64,000 nucleotides of DNA from Chloroflexota bacterium (lineage in GTDB: Bacteria; Chloroflexota; Limnocylindria; Limnocylindrales; CSP1-4). Below the pieces are notes generated by a model, which worked only from the letters and a program-made list of their open reading frames with translations, was not told the origin of the DNA and made no database searches. Position numbers and translations under genes: made by a program. Shown here in pieces: positions 1 through 8,720 of the stretch. Numbering within the stretch: the first letter of the stretch is position 1; every line of letters starts with the position of its first letter. The stretch is taken from contig PMKN01000030.1 in assembly GCA_003158675.1 (NCBI GenBank), positions 10,463 through 74,462 on the forward strand, read 5' to 3'.

Positions 1-577
1 CGCGACCGTGGAGCGCTTCCCAGGCCTGGGAAACCGGCTCGACGGCGGCGGGATTCAGTAAAACGTGGGCTTCCGGAGAGCCGTTGATAGTGCTGACGGC
101 AGATTCGAGGGCGCCGCACAGAAGACTCGGATCGAGTCTTACCTCGTGTTGGACGATGCGCTTGGCAACCGACAACGCCAGCTCCGCGATGGCGTGGGCG
201 ATCTCCGAGGTCCGCTCCGGGGCGGCTGCGTGGAGCCGATCCAGGAATGCCCCGGACGCCTCGACGGAGGCTCTCAACTCCGCCTCGGCTCGGGCGATGC
301 CAACCTGGTAGCCGCGCTCCTGGGCGGCCTGCTCGGCGCGCCGGACTTCCGCGGCGGCCGTCTCTGGCCCACCCGCGACGGTCCCCGAGGCCGCGTAGCT
401 CGACGCGGCGGTCGCGGCGGTCGAACGAGACACGGCTCGGCTGCGACCGCGCAGGATGTCTCTGCCGTTTGACGTGCTCTCAGAAACGGCCGCGGCCGGA
501 CCGGGAGCCGCGGCAGCCGCCGCCTCGGCTCCGACCTCGTCCTGCGTTCGGATCAGCCGCCAGTTAGACAAAGGCAT
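1..577 (-). CDS. fliH: Flagellar assembly/export protein FliH (N-terminal ~190 codons; continues past the left window edge)
   Basis: Absent from the ORF track because it is open to the window edge. Manual reverse translation from ATG 577-575 (overlapping the fliG 3' end by 14 nt) gives MPLSNWRLIRTQDEV...AEQAAQERGYQVGIARAEAELRAS...EIAHAIAELALSVAKRIVQHEVRLDPSLL...EAHVLLNPAAVEP with no stop down to nt 1. FliH-like motifs and the canonical fliF-fliG-fliH order support the call. Confidence 0.7.
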   Translation of the reverse strand, partial: MPLSNWRLIRTQDEVGAEAAAAAAPGPAAAVSESTSNGRDILRGRSRAVSRSTAATAASSYAASGTVAGGPETAAAEVRRAEQAAQERGYQVGIARAEAELRASVEASGAFLDRLHAAAPERTSEIAHAIAELALSVAKRIVQHEVRLDPSLLCGALESAVSTINGSPEAHVLLNPAAVEPVSQAWEALHGR

Positions 578-1580
578 CTTCGGTGCCTCCGCGGTTGATC
601 GCGATCTCGTCCGAGTCTTCCAGCTTCTTGACGGTGTCGATGATGCGCTGCTGGGCTTCCTCGACCGCCTTCATGCGAACCTGGCCGGCGATGCTCATCT
701 CCTCGCGCAGCATCTCCGCAGCCCGTTGGGACATGTTCTGGAAGAACTTGAGGCGCAACGGCTCCGTTGCGGGCCGTAGCGCCAGCGCCATGTCCTTGGC
801 GTCCAATTCGCGGATGACGCGCTGCATCGCCCGGTCGTCGAGGAGGACCATGTCGTCGAAGACGAACATGTAGCGGCGGACTTCATCTGCCAGCTGGGAG
901 TCCTGCTCCGAGAGGGCGGACAGGATGAGGCGCTCGTTGGTTCGACCGACCTGGTTGAGGACGTTGGCCAGCGGTCGCGTGCCGCCCACGGAAGTGACCT
1001 CGGTGACAACCTCCGAGAGCTTGCGGCGCAGACCATCCTCCACGATCTCGACAGCCTCGGGCGTGATCTGTTCCGTGAGCGCGATCCGCTTGGCGACTTC
1101 GACCTGGATCGACGCCTCGAATTGCGTCAGGATGCCGGCCGCTGCTCGGGGATCGATATGGGCCAGGACGATGGCGATCGTCTGCGGGTGTTCGCCGTTG
1201 AGCAGCGCGGAAGCCTGCAACGGATCCAGGTCCCGCATGAAGTCGAATGGGATGATCATCTGGGCCTGGTGCACGCGGTCGAGCAACTCCGCGGCCTTGC
1301 CCGAGCCGAACGCTTGACCGAACAATTCGATGGCGTAGTTCTCGCCGCCGGGCAGGACGCCGGCATGAGCGAACAGGCCGGCGTAGGCCTCCTCGAGAAT
1401 GGCGTCGCGGGTGGTCGAGTCGACTGCGGGCATGCGCATCAGCTCGAGGGCGACCCGGTCGATCGCCTCCGGCGGCAGCCGGGCCAGCAGCTTGGCCGAA
1501 GCTTCCGTGCCGAGCGTGATCAGCAACGCAGCGGCCTTGCGAGGTCCGCTCAGAGCCAGGGCTGCGGTCTCTGGGCTCAT
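564..1580 (-). CDS. fliG: Flagellar motor switch protein FliG
   Basis: 338-aa ORF that is FliG-like along its whole length (EAIDRVALELMRM..., C-terminal MSQRAAEMLREEM...MKAVEEAQQRIIDTVKKLEDSDEIAI). ATGA start/stop overlap with fliF at 1577-1580. Confidence 0.95.
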   Translation of the reverse strand: MSPETAALALSGPRKAAALLITLGTEASAKLLARLPPEAIDRVALELMRMPAVDSTTRDAILEEAYAGLFAHAGVLPGGENYAIELFGQAFGSGKAAELLDRVHQAQMIIPFDFMRDLDPLQASALLNGEHPQTIAIVLAHIDPRAAAGILTQFEASIQVEVAKRIALTEQITPEAVEIVEDGLRRKLSEVVTEVTSVGGTRPLANVLNQVGRTNERLILSALSEQDSQLADEVRRYMFVFDDMVLLDDRAMQRVIRELDAKDMALALRPATEPLRLKFFQNMSQRAAEMLREEMSIAGQVRMKAVEEAQQRIIDTVKKLEDSDEIAINRGGTEDAFV

Positions 1581-3298
1581 CGGCTACGACGATCCTCTTC
1601 ACGCAGCCAGCCGTGCATCAGCCCGACCAGCGCATCGGGTCGCTCGTCCGCGACCATCTTTAGACGCTCCTGGATACGAGCCTGGGGAGTGGCCCCGGGC
1701 ATCTCGGCCGGCGCAGGCTCCGGAGCGGCCAGGGCCGGCGCGTTCTGGCGAGCCAGCGCCGGCATGAGGGCCGCCGTGGCGCCGGCCGGAGCCGGTCCGA
1801 GGTCGAACACGCTCTCGTCGGCACGGCGGCCGAGCGCGCGGGTGTTCATCCAGAAGAGGAAGAGCATGAAGAGCCCGAAGACCGCGCCGAGGATCGTGCC
1901 GCTCATGTCGCCGACGGTCTTCATCATGTCGGGCGAGGCTGCTGCAGCAGCAGCGGCGGCGGCGGCAGCGGAGGCTGCGGGAGCCTGGGTCGCTTGAGCC
2001 GCGAAGGCCACGGACTCGACGGCGACGACGTCGCCGCGAGCGGTGTCCGCGCCGATCGCTGCGGCGATGCTGGCCTGCAGCGTCTCGGGCTTGAGCGAAC
2101 CCATCGAAGCCTGGTCGACCAGCACGGCGACCGAGAGACGCTTCACGACGCCCGGCTCGGTGACCACGTGCTGGATCGTCTGGGAAACGCTGTAGTTGAC
2201 CGTGGTCTCCTGATGTACGTATCCACCCGCGGTCGACCCTGGTGCGGGCGAGCTGCCCGCCGAAGTCGAGGCGCTTGGAGCGGCGGTGGCGCTGGGAGCG
2301 GCGGTGGCGCCCGGCGCGGCGGTAGTCGTCGCCTCTGTGCCCGAGCAAACGCCCGGGTAGGTGGGCAGACCGGGGACGTTCGAGTTGGTGCCGGGAATGC
2401 CGCAGGCGGCACCGCTTGCGCCCGGACCGTACTGCTCGTAGATGTTGTGGATGCTCACCGGCGGGTCGCTGCCGGCCGGCGCGTATGTGGTCACCTGAGC
2501 ATCGACTTTGCTCGTGTCCACGTCCGCCGAGACCGCCACGGAGGCATGACCCGAACCCAGGGCGGCGTCGATCAGGGCTTCGATCTTGGCCGTGGCCTGC
2601 TGCTCCACCAGATCCTTGGCCTGAGCCGCCGCGGTGTCGGCTGAGTCGGCGGCCCCAGCAAGGACGTGACCCGCATCGTCGGTAACGACGACGTTGTCGG
2701 CCGCGAGCCCCGAGACGGAGCCCGCGACGGTGTTCACGATGGCTCGCACCAGGCCGCTCGACGGCGTCTTGCCGTTGGACATGGTCAGTACCACGGAGGC
2801 GCTGGCCGGGGTGTCGTCGGTTGAGAGAACGCCCTTCTGGGCCATGACCACGGCTACGCGGGCGCTGGCGATCCCGTCCATCCCCTGAATGGTCCGCGTC
2901 AACTCGCCTTCGATGGCGCGCTGGTAGGTTACTTGCTGGTCGAATTCCGAGGCACCGAACTGTTGGTTGTCGAAGAGGTCAAGGCCCTTGCTGGCACCGT
3001 CAGTGGCGATGCCGGCACCGGCAGCCGCGATCCGCGCATCGCCCAGGGAGTCGACCGGCACCAGGATCGTGCCGCCCGCGTCCGCCAGTTCGTACTGGAT
3101 GTTGGCCGCCCGCAGGGCGCTGGTAACCGCGCTGGCGTCCGAGGCCGACAGCTTCGTGAAGGCCGGCGTCAGATCGGGCTTGCTGGCGAACATGACCAGG
3201 ATGGCAATCGCCGCGGCCGAACCCACGGCCGCGAAGACGATCCCGATCCGCTGCGTAAGGGATAGCTGTTTGAGGACGCCCTGCACCTGGTCGTTCAT
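1577..3298 (-). CDS. fliF: Flagellar MS-ring protein FliF
   Basis: 573-aa ORF. It has an N-terminal TM (IGIVFAAVGSAAAIAILVMF), a ring-building region (ANIQYELADAGGTILVP, GMDGIASARVAVVMAQKG), a second TM near the C-terminus and a C-terminal FliG-binding-type tail. It also carries an Ala/Pro/Ser/Thr-rich insert and a 12xAla run. Confidence 0.95.
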   Translation of the reverse strand: MNDQVQGVLKQLSLTQRIGIVFAAVGSAAAIAILVMFASKPDLTPAFTKLSASDASAVTSALRAANIQYELADAGGTILVPVDSLGDARIAAAGAGIATDGASKGLDLFDNQQFGASEFDQQVTYQRAIEGELTRTIQGMDGIASARVAVVMAQKGVLSTDDTPASASVVLTMSNGKTPSSGLVRAIVNTVAGSVSGLAADNVVVTDDAGHVLAGAADSADTAAAQAKDLVEQQATAKIEALIDAALGSGHASVAVSADVDTSKVDAQVTTYAPAGSDPPVSIHNIYEQYGPGASGAACGIPGTNSNVPGLPTYPGVCSGTEATTTAAPGATAAPSATAAPSASTSAGSSPAPGSTAGGYVHQETTVNYSVSQTIQHVVTEPGVVKRLSVAVLVDQASMGSLKPETLQASIAAAIGADTARGDVVAVESVAFAAQATQAPAASAAAAAAAAAAASPDMMKTVGDMSGTILGAVFGLFMLFLFWMNTRALGRRADESVFDLGPAPAGATAALMPALARQNAPALAAPEPAPAEMPGATPQARIQERLKMVADERPDALVGLMHGWLREEDRRSR

Positions 3299-3311
3299 CG
3301 GTCGGCCACCC

Positions 3312-3665
3312 TCACAGTTGCGTCCGCATGATTTCCGTGTAGGCGTCGAGCAGCTTGTCGCGTACGGTCGTCGCCGCCTTGAGGCTGATGGAGGCTTCTT
3401 CCATCTGCAGCATCACCGTGTGAAGGTCGGCCGAGCCGCCCGAAGCGAAGTCGGCCAGCGCCGTGTCCGTCGACGTCAACTGGCCGTTCAGCTGACCGAA
3501 GGCGTCGCTCAGCGAATTGAGGAACGAGTCGCCCGGCGCCTGGGTTCCCGCGGCGGTGCCATCGACGGAGCTGCTGCCGCCAATCGGGGTCGTTCCGGCG
3601 ATGGAACCCGTGCCCGAGAGACCGGACACTGACGAGATACCAGCAATCGGAGCGATACCACTCAT
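3312..3665 (-). CDS. fliE: Flagellar hook-basal body complex protein FliE
   Basis: 117 aa. The C-terminus DLHTVMLQMEEASISLKAATTVRDKLLDAYTEIMRTQL is typical FliE, and the gene sits between flgC and fliF. Confidence 0.85.
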   Translation of the reverse strand: MSGIAPIAGISSVSGLSGTGSIAGTTPIGGSSSVDGTAAGTQAPGDSFLNSLSDAFGQLNGQLTSTDTALADFASGGSADLHTVMLQMEEASISLKAATTVRDKLLDAYTEIMRTQL

Positions 3666-3671
3666 GGCCGC

Positions 3672-4088
3672 TTATGCCTTTCCGAGGTCGAGCGCGTCGA
3701 GGGCCTGCTGCTTGGCGGCCTGGGCGACGGTGGCGTTGACCTGGTACGAGCGGGCCGCACCCATGATGTCAGTCATCTCGGCCGAGACGTCGACGTTGGG
3801 ATAGGTGACGAAGCCCTGTGCGTCCGCGTCCGCATTACCCGGATCGTAGCTGCGGACATTCGGCCGGGCCGGGTTGACGATCGCGATCGCCGACACGCCC
3901 TGCGCTCCTTCTCCCGGGCCCATCTGGCGCGCCTGAAAGACGACCGCCTGCTCTTGATAGGGCTGACCGGCGTCTTTCTGGCTGCGGGTGGTCTGGGCAT
4001 TGGCCAGGTTGCTGGCGGCGATATCCATGCGCAGCCGCTCGGCGGTGAGTCCGGAGGCGGCGATGCGAATGGTGTCGAAGACGCTCAT
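3672..4088 (-). CDS. flgC: Flagellar basal-body rod protein FlgC
   Basis: 138 aa. N-terminal rod-family motif IAASGLTAERLRMDIAASNLANAQTT and C-terminal VDVSAEMTDIMGAARSYQVNATV. SD GAGGAAAG lies upstream of ATG 4088. Confidence 0.95.
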   Translation of the reverse strand: MSVFDTIRIAASGLTAERLRMDIAASNLANAQTTRSQKDAGQPYQEQAVVFQARQMGPGEGAQGVSAIAIVNPARPNVRSYDPGNADADAQGFVTYPNVDVSAEMTDIMGAARSYQVNATVAQAAKQQALDALDLGKA

Positions 4089-4406
4089 CGTGCTGCTTTC
4101 CTCGGCTGGCTCCGATGGGCCTCCTCCGGGCGTCTACCCGTGGACTCATCGGAACCGCCCGCATCTTCGGTCGGTCTCCCCCGACCCGGTATCAGGGTCC
4201 GCCCTCGGTCTCGGCGGCCATTGGTAATGTCGAGCTGCCGGCGGCCGGACCTCCCCAGTCGGGTCATTCGCCCGGGCCATCCGCGCAGGCCCCTCGGGCG
4301 GTCCAGCTCGATCTCACGCAGACGAATGGGCCCGACAGGATCCGCGCAGGCCGGCCGGCGGCAATGTGCGGGCCAACTGGCCTCGCCGGCCATACACTGG
4401 CGCACG

Positions 4407-5789
4407 ATGGAAGAAAGGAGCGTCGTCCGTCACCTGGCTGGTGCCGAGCTGTGGGCCCGCGTCCACGATGCCGGCTCCGGGGCGGGATCAGGCGGCCAGG
4501 CGCCTGCATCGATACGCGCCGGAACCGCGGCAGCCGTCGCTCTCGTCGCGGGCTGGGAGGACGGCGAGCCCTTCTGTGCCACGATCTGCTCCACCGACGT
4601 CGGCCTGCAGTTCTGCCGTCGCTGTCCCGCGGAATTGGCGACCCGGGTCCTGGCCACCGGCCGCGCTGCCAAAGGAGCGTGCCGGGCCGGCGGAACGCTC
4701 CTCGGCTTTCCGGCGCCGCGCGGCTCACGCACCACCGCGGCGATTCTGCGCGTAGGGCCTCCGAATCCGCGCGACGCCGCTGCAGTCTCGGATCAAACCC
4801 GCGTCACCCCCGCCGCACTCCGCAGGGCCGCCCGGCAGGCGCCGCCCCCGGACGCCCGGGCGGCCCTGGCGGCGGCCCGAGTGCTGCGCGACCCGGCGCG
4901 TCTGTTCGAATGGCAGATCCAGCAACGCACCCGGGGCTCCGACCGGCGCCGCACAGCGACCGCGGCGTTGGCGCAGATGGTCGCCACCAGCGAGGAGTTC
5001 TACGAGCTCTACAGGGAGTCGCAGCGCCAGCGCCGCGAACTGGAGCGCAACCAGCGCCGCCTCGATCGGCTGGCCCGCCAGACCCTGCAGGCCAGCGACC
5101 TCGAAAGGGCTCGGGTCGCCCACCAGATCCACGACACGGCCGCCCAGTCGATGGTCAGCGCCTTCCGCTTCCTCGACGCCGCTCGCGCATACGCCCGGCA
5201 GCACCCTGGAGAGTCGGTCGACGACTACCTCGAGTCGGCCTCCGATCGCCTCGTCGCCGCCATCCACGAGGTCAGGGCGGTTCTGGCCCACCTGTTGCCA
5301 CCTGGATTGGAGGAGCTGGGCCTCGCCAACGCCATTCAGAGCCGTATGAAGGCGCTAAGGGCCGAATCCGGCATCGAGATGACGCTCCAAGGCGACCTGC
5401 CCCGGCTCGATGACTGGGTCGAGCAGACGCTGTACGGCATGACCACCGAAGCCGTCGCCAACGCGGTCCGACACGCCCACGCCAGCGTGGTCACGATTGA
5501 ACTTCGCGCCACCCGGGATCGTGCCGTCGTCACGATCGCCGACGACGGTCACGGCTTCGACCCGGCCGCGGCCGAACGACGACGCGCCGGCGGCGGACTC
5601 GGCCTGCTTGGGATCGCGCGCCAGGCGCGCTGGCTGGGTGGCTCCGCCTCGGTTCGCAGCCGTGTCGGCTCGGGTACTCTGATTCGAATATCCATCCCGA
5701 TTGCCCGGCACAGGGGCACTCGGGCGGGCTACGCTGCAGCCGGCACCGATGCAGCCCCACCAGGACGGAACGGAGAAGGTAAGTCGTGA
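4407..5789 (+). CDS. Sensor histidine kinase (NarL-partner HisKA_3 type) with Cys-rich PocR-like N-terminal domain
   Basis: C-terminal part of the 3954-5789 ORF. H-box RARVAHQIHDTAAQSM is present, with ATPase motifs (AVANAVRHAHAS, ADDGHGFD, GGGLGLLGIARQARWLGG). I start it at ATG 4407 (MEERSVV) because the upstream part overlaps flgC antisense and is Arg/Pro-rich. The N-terminal FCATICSTDVGLQFCRRC...ACRAGGTLLGFP resembles a PocR sensor. No TM segment is visible. Confidence 0.8.
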   Translation: MEERSVVRHLAGAELWARVHDAGSGAGSGGQAPASIRAGTAAAVALVAGWEDGEPFCATICSTDVGLQFCRRCPAELATRVLATGRAAKGACRAGGTLLGFPAPRGSRTTAAILRVGPPNPRDAAAVSDQTRVTPAALRRAARQAPPPDARAALAAARVLRDPARLFEWQIQQRTRGSDRRRTATAALAQMVATSEEFYELYRESQRQRRELERNQRRLDRLARQTLQASDLERARVAHQIHDTAAQSMVSAFRFLDAARAYARQHPGESVDDYLESASDRLVAAIHEVRAVLAHLLPPGLEELGLANAIQSRMKALRAESGIEMTLQGDLPRLDDWVEQTLYGMTTEAVANAVRHAHASVVTIELRATRDRAVVTIADDGHGFDPAAAERRRAGGGLGLLGIARQARWLGGSASVRSRVGSGTLIRISIPIARHRGTRAGYAAAGTDAAPPGRNGEGKS

Positions 5790-6457
5790 ACGAGCGCGCG
5801 CGAGTACTGCTCATCGACGACCACGAAATGGCCCGCCGCGGCCTGCGTGCCATGCTCTCCGCAGCCGATTGGATCGACGTGGTCGGCGAGGGCGATTCCT
5901 GCGAGAGCGGCTTGAAGCTGGCCGAGGAACTCGGGCCGAATATGGTCCTGTTGGACATCCGCATGCCTGGCCTCGATGGCCTGGCTTGTCTGGAACGACT
6001 CAAGGCCCGCCACCCCCAGATCGCAGTCGTGATCGTGACCCTGTACGACGACCGCCGTTACGTCCTGGAAGCGATCCGCCGCGGCGCGGCCGGCTACCTG
6101 CTCAAGGACGCCACCACGGCTGAGGTAATTCAGACGCTGCACAACGTCTCGAACGGCCAGCTTGCAGTTGAACCGCAACTCCTGCGAGAGGCTCTCGCAA
6201 TCCGCGACGAACCGCCCCCTGCCGGCGACACTGCCAGACAGCGGGCGGAGCAGTACGCCCTCACTCCGCGAGAGCATGACGTCTTGCTGCTCGTTGCGGA
6301 GGGGTTGACCAACAAGGAGATCGGGGGGCGGTTGTCGATCACCGAGGACACGGTGAAGAAGCACGTCCAGAACATCATCTGGAAGCTGCGCGCCGCCGAT
6401 CGAACCCAGGCTGCCATCATGGCCCTGAAGCTCGGACTGCTCGAGAACCCCACCTGA
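5786..6457 (+). CDS. NarL/LuxR-family response regulator
   Basis: 223 aa. Canonical receiver (LLIDDHEM, LLDIRMPGLDG, VTLYDD, YLLKD) plus a LuxR HTH (LTPREHDVLLLVAEGLTNKEIGGRLSITEDTVKKHVQNI). The GTG start overlaps the kinase stop by 4 nt. Confidence 0.9.
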   Translation: MNERARVLLIDDHEMARRGLRAMLSAADWIDVVGEGDSCESGLKLAEELGPNMVLLDIRMPGLDGLACLERLKARHPQIAVVIVTLYDDRRYVLEAIRRGAAGYLLKDATTAEVIQTLHNVSNGQLAVEPQLLREALAIRDEPPPAGDTARQRAEQYALTPREHDVLLLVAEGLTNKEIGGRLSITEDTVKKHVQNIIWKLRAADRTQAAIMALKLGLLENPT

Positions 6458-6534
6458 TCCGTCGTCGCCTACGACTTGGTGGTGGCTGTAGTCAACGGAT
6501 TTGCGGCCCGAGCGTTAGGGATCGCCCCTAATCG

Positions 6535-6562
6535 TTCAAGTCCGGGACCCTGAGCCCGATTC
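6535..6562 (+). promoter_or_regulatory. Sigma-28 (FliA)-type promoter upstream of flaG
   Basis: TTCAAG-n14-CCCGATTC. The -10 octamer ends 13 nt before ATG 6576, which implies a very short leader with no SD. It is a member of the eight-site family described in the findings. Confidence 0.6.
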
Positions 6563-6575
6563 CTCAGTCACTTCG

Positions 6576-6878
6576 ATGGCAACCAACGACCTTCTCCCAA
6601 CGGCACTCGTCACCACCGGCACCGCCCCGGCGGTGGTTCAGCAGTTGGCCCCGACCACCGAGGCCACGCAGCGTGACCGCTTCGCCAAGAGGGCCGGTCC
6701 TGACGTTTCGTTCAAGGGGTCGGATGGGACGACCGAGGCGTACGCCGTCTTCCAGATCGATCCGGAGAGCAAGCGGCTCCAGGTGACGGTCGTAGACGGT
6801 CACGGGCAAGTCCTGCGCGTGATCCCGCCGCGTTCGGTTTCCGAGATGATCCAGTCGATGAGCCGCTACCGGCTGTAG
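6576..6878 (+). CDS. flaG: FlaG-family flagellar protein
   Basis: 100 aa. The C-terminal AVFQIDPESKRLQVTVVDGHGQVLRVIPPRSVSEMIQSM matches the FlaG signature (xVxVVDxxTGEVIRQIPPEE-like). Confidence 0.75.
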   Translation: MATNDLLPTALVTTGTAPAVVQQLAPTTEATQRDRFAKRAGPDVSFKGSDGTTEAYAVFQIDPESKRLQVTVVDGHGQVLRVIPPRSVSEMIQSMSRYRL

Positions 6879-7022
6879 ACGGGCCACCCAGGAAATCTCG
6901 ACTCCGTCCTGACCCTGAAACCCGGCCCGCATGGCCGCGCGACCTCACTCCCGCCGGCGAACCAGCCGTTGCCACTCGGCGACGCCCGATCGCGGAAGTT
7001 CCCGCTCGGTGCGGACGGTCCC

Positions 7023-7051
7023 TTCAAGTCCGACTCCCCGGCAACCGATTC
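7023..7051 (+). promoter_or_regulatory. Sigma-28-type promoter upstream of the cheC...cheA operon
   Basis: TTCAAG-n15-ACCGATTC. It shares the extended TTCAAGTCCG...CCGATTCC with the flaG promoter. The leader to ATG 7148 is about 90 nt. Confidence 0.55.
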
Positions 7052-7147
7052 CCCGACAAGACCGCAAGCGGTCCCGCCTGTCGCCGTACGCGACGCAGAG
7101 GATGCAGTCGTGGTTCTCGTAACCAGCTCACGAGGCATCGGTAACCC

Positions 7148-7792
7148 ATGACGCTCACCCTGTCCGAAGCCGGTCAGAACGTAGTCGCGGGCACCTTCGG
7201 ACGCGCCATGAAGCGTGCGGGCGAAGCGCTCGGGTCGATGAGCGGCCAGGTCATCGAGGTCCAGACGCCACTGGTCAAGCGCTGCACGGCGGCGGAAGTT
7301 CTGACCATGGCAGGCGGGCCGGAATCGATCGTTCTGGCACTCTACGTCGGCATCAACGGCTCGCTCCAGGGCCACGCTCTGCTGCTCTTCCCCCCGTCTG
7401 ACGCCCACCGCCTGGCACAGATCCTGCTAGCCGGATTGCTGGGTCCAGGAGAGTTGCCGATGGAGCCGAGAGCCGATCCGCTTGTTTACGACGAACTCGA
7501 GCTGTCGGCCCTGCAGGAGGCCGGCAACGTCACGATCTCCGCGTTTCTCAACGAGCTCGGAATGCATCTTCACGAGCCAGTCCAGCCGACGCCGCCCCAG
7601 GTCGTTATCGAAATGGCAGGGGCCGTCCTCGATGCCGTGCTCCTCGACCTGGTTAGCGATGCCGATCAGGTTCTTGCCGCCAAGACGACTTTCAGCGAAG
7701 GCGACCGGGCCATCGACGGAACTCTCTTCGTCCTGCCGCGCGCCGACAGCCTCCGGGTCCTCCTGGATGCTCTCGGGGCTATCGGGATATGA
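7148..7792 (+). CDS. cheC: CheC-family CheY-P phosphatase
   Basis: 214 aa. The second active-site motif SALQEAGN (S-x3-E-x2-N) is intact, while the first copy (LSEAGQN) is off-register. The stop overlaps cheD (ATGA at 7789-7792), the usual cheC-cheD pairing. Confidence 0.85.
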   Translation: MTLTLSEAGQNVVAGTFGRAMKRAGEALGSMSGQVIEVQTPLVKRCTAAEVLTMAGGPESIVLALYVGINGSLQGHALLLFPPSDAHRLAQILLAGLLGPGELPMEPRADPLVYDELELSALQEAGNVTISAFLNELGMHLHEPVQPTPPQVVIEMAGAVLDAVLLDLVSDADQVLAAKTTFSEGDRAIDGTLFVLPRADSLRVLLDALGAIGI

Positions 7793-8274
7793 CGCTGACC
7801 GCGAGTCCAAGCCTGCTTGTGGCCGGCATTGGCGAGATCGTCCTGAGCTCCAGCCCCGACGCCCATCTGGTCGCCTACGGCTTGGGCTCGTGCATCGCTC
7901 TCGCCGTCTGGGATCCCCGGACCAGGGTCGGAGGGCTGGCTCACTTCATGCTTCCCAGCGGTCCGGCCAGCCCCGGCAGCCCGGTCAAGTTCATCGACAG
8001 CGGCATCGACTCGTACTTCCGGGCCCTCGAAGCGAGAGGCGCCGCCCTGAACCGCTGCACTCTCAAGGCGGCCGGAGCCGCTGCCATGTTGACCCTTGGC
8101 AGCGGCCTGGCAATCGGCAGGCGGAACGCCGAGACCCTGCAGGCTGCCCTGAGGGATCGCGGTCTGAGCCTCACCGCCGCCGCCCTGGGAGGGAATAGCG
8201 GCCGAACCGTTCAACTTGAGGTGGCAGACGGCCGATTCCTGATCAAGAGTCTGTCATCTGTCACTGAGCTGTAG
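7789..8274 (+). CDS. cheD: Chemoreceptor glutamine deamidase CheD
   Basis: 161 aa with GLGSCIALAVWDP...GGLAHFMLPS and GGNSGRTVQLEVADGRFLIKS motifs. Confidence 0.9.
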   Translation: MTLTASPSLLVAGIGEIVLSSSPDAHLVAYGLGSCIALAVWDPRTRVGGLAHFMLPSGPASPGSPVKFIDSGIDSYFRALEARGAALNRCTLKAAGAAAMLTLGSGLAIGRRNAETLQAALRDRGLSLTAAALGGNSGRTVQLEVADGRFLIKSLSSVTEL

Positions 8275-8294
8275 CACGAGTAGGAGCCGCCGCG

Positions 8295-8654
8295 ATGGCA
8301 AAGATCCTCGTCGTCGACGACGCGGCCTTCATGCGTCTGCGGGCGGCGAAGCTGCTCGTGGAGGCGGGCCACCAGGTCTTCGAGGCTGAGAACGGACGGA
8401 TCGCCGTCGAAACCTACATGCGCGAGCGACCCGACTGCGTCCTGATGGACATCACCATGCCCGAGATGGACGGCCTCGAGGCTCTGGCCGAGATTCGCCT
8501 GAAGGATCCCCACGCCCGGATCGCGATGCTCACCGCCATGGGCCAACAGGCGATCGTCATGGACGCGATCAAGCGTGGCGCCCGGGACTTCGTGGTCAAG
8601 CCCTTTGCGCCCGACCGTGTGCTTGCGGCCGTCAACAAGCTGCTGGCCGCCTAG
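8295..8654 (+). CDS. cheY: Chemotaxis response regulator CheY
   Basis: 119-aa single receiver (ILVVDDAAFMR, LMDITMPEMDG, MLTAMG, DFVVKPF). SD AGGAG at 8282-8286. Confidence 0.9.
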   Translation: MAKILVVDDAAFMRLRAAKLLVEAGHQVFEAENGRIAVETYMRERPDCVLMDITMPEMDGLEALAEIRLKDPHARIAMLTAMGQQAIVMDAIKRGARDFVVKPFAPDRVLAAVNKLLAA

Positions 8655-8720
8655 CCGACCGGCTCTCATTCGGGCGCAATCTGCGAGCTGCGAACTCAGC
8701 GTGCCGAAGGCGGTGGGGAA

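Noticed and set aside
3954-4406. N-terminal 151 codons of the 611-aa ORF that contains the sensor kinase.
   Set aside because: This part overlaps flgC on the opposite strand and the divergent spacer, and it is Arg/Pro/Ser-rich. The kinase is more plausibly started at ATG 4407.
7148-7200. First CheC active-site copy (LSEAGQN), considered as evidence that CheC is inactive.
   Set aside because: The second copy (SALQEAGN) is canonical, and my one-residue register call on the first copy is not reliable without an alignment.
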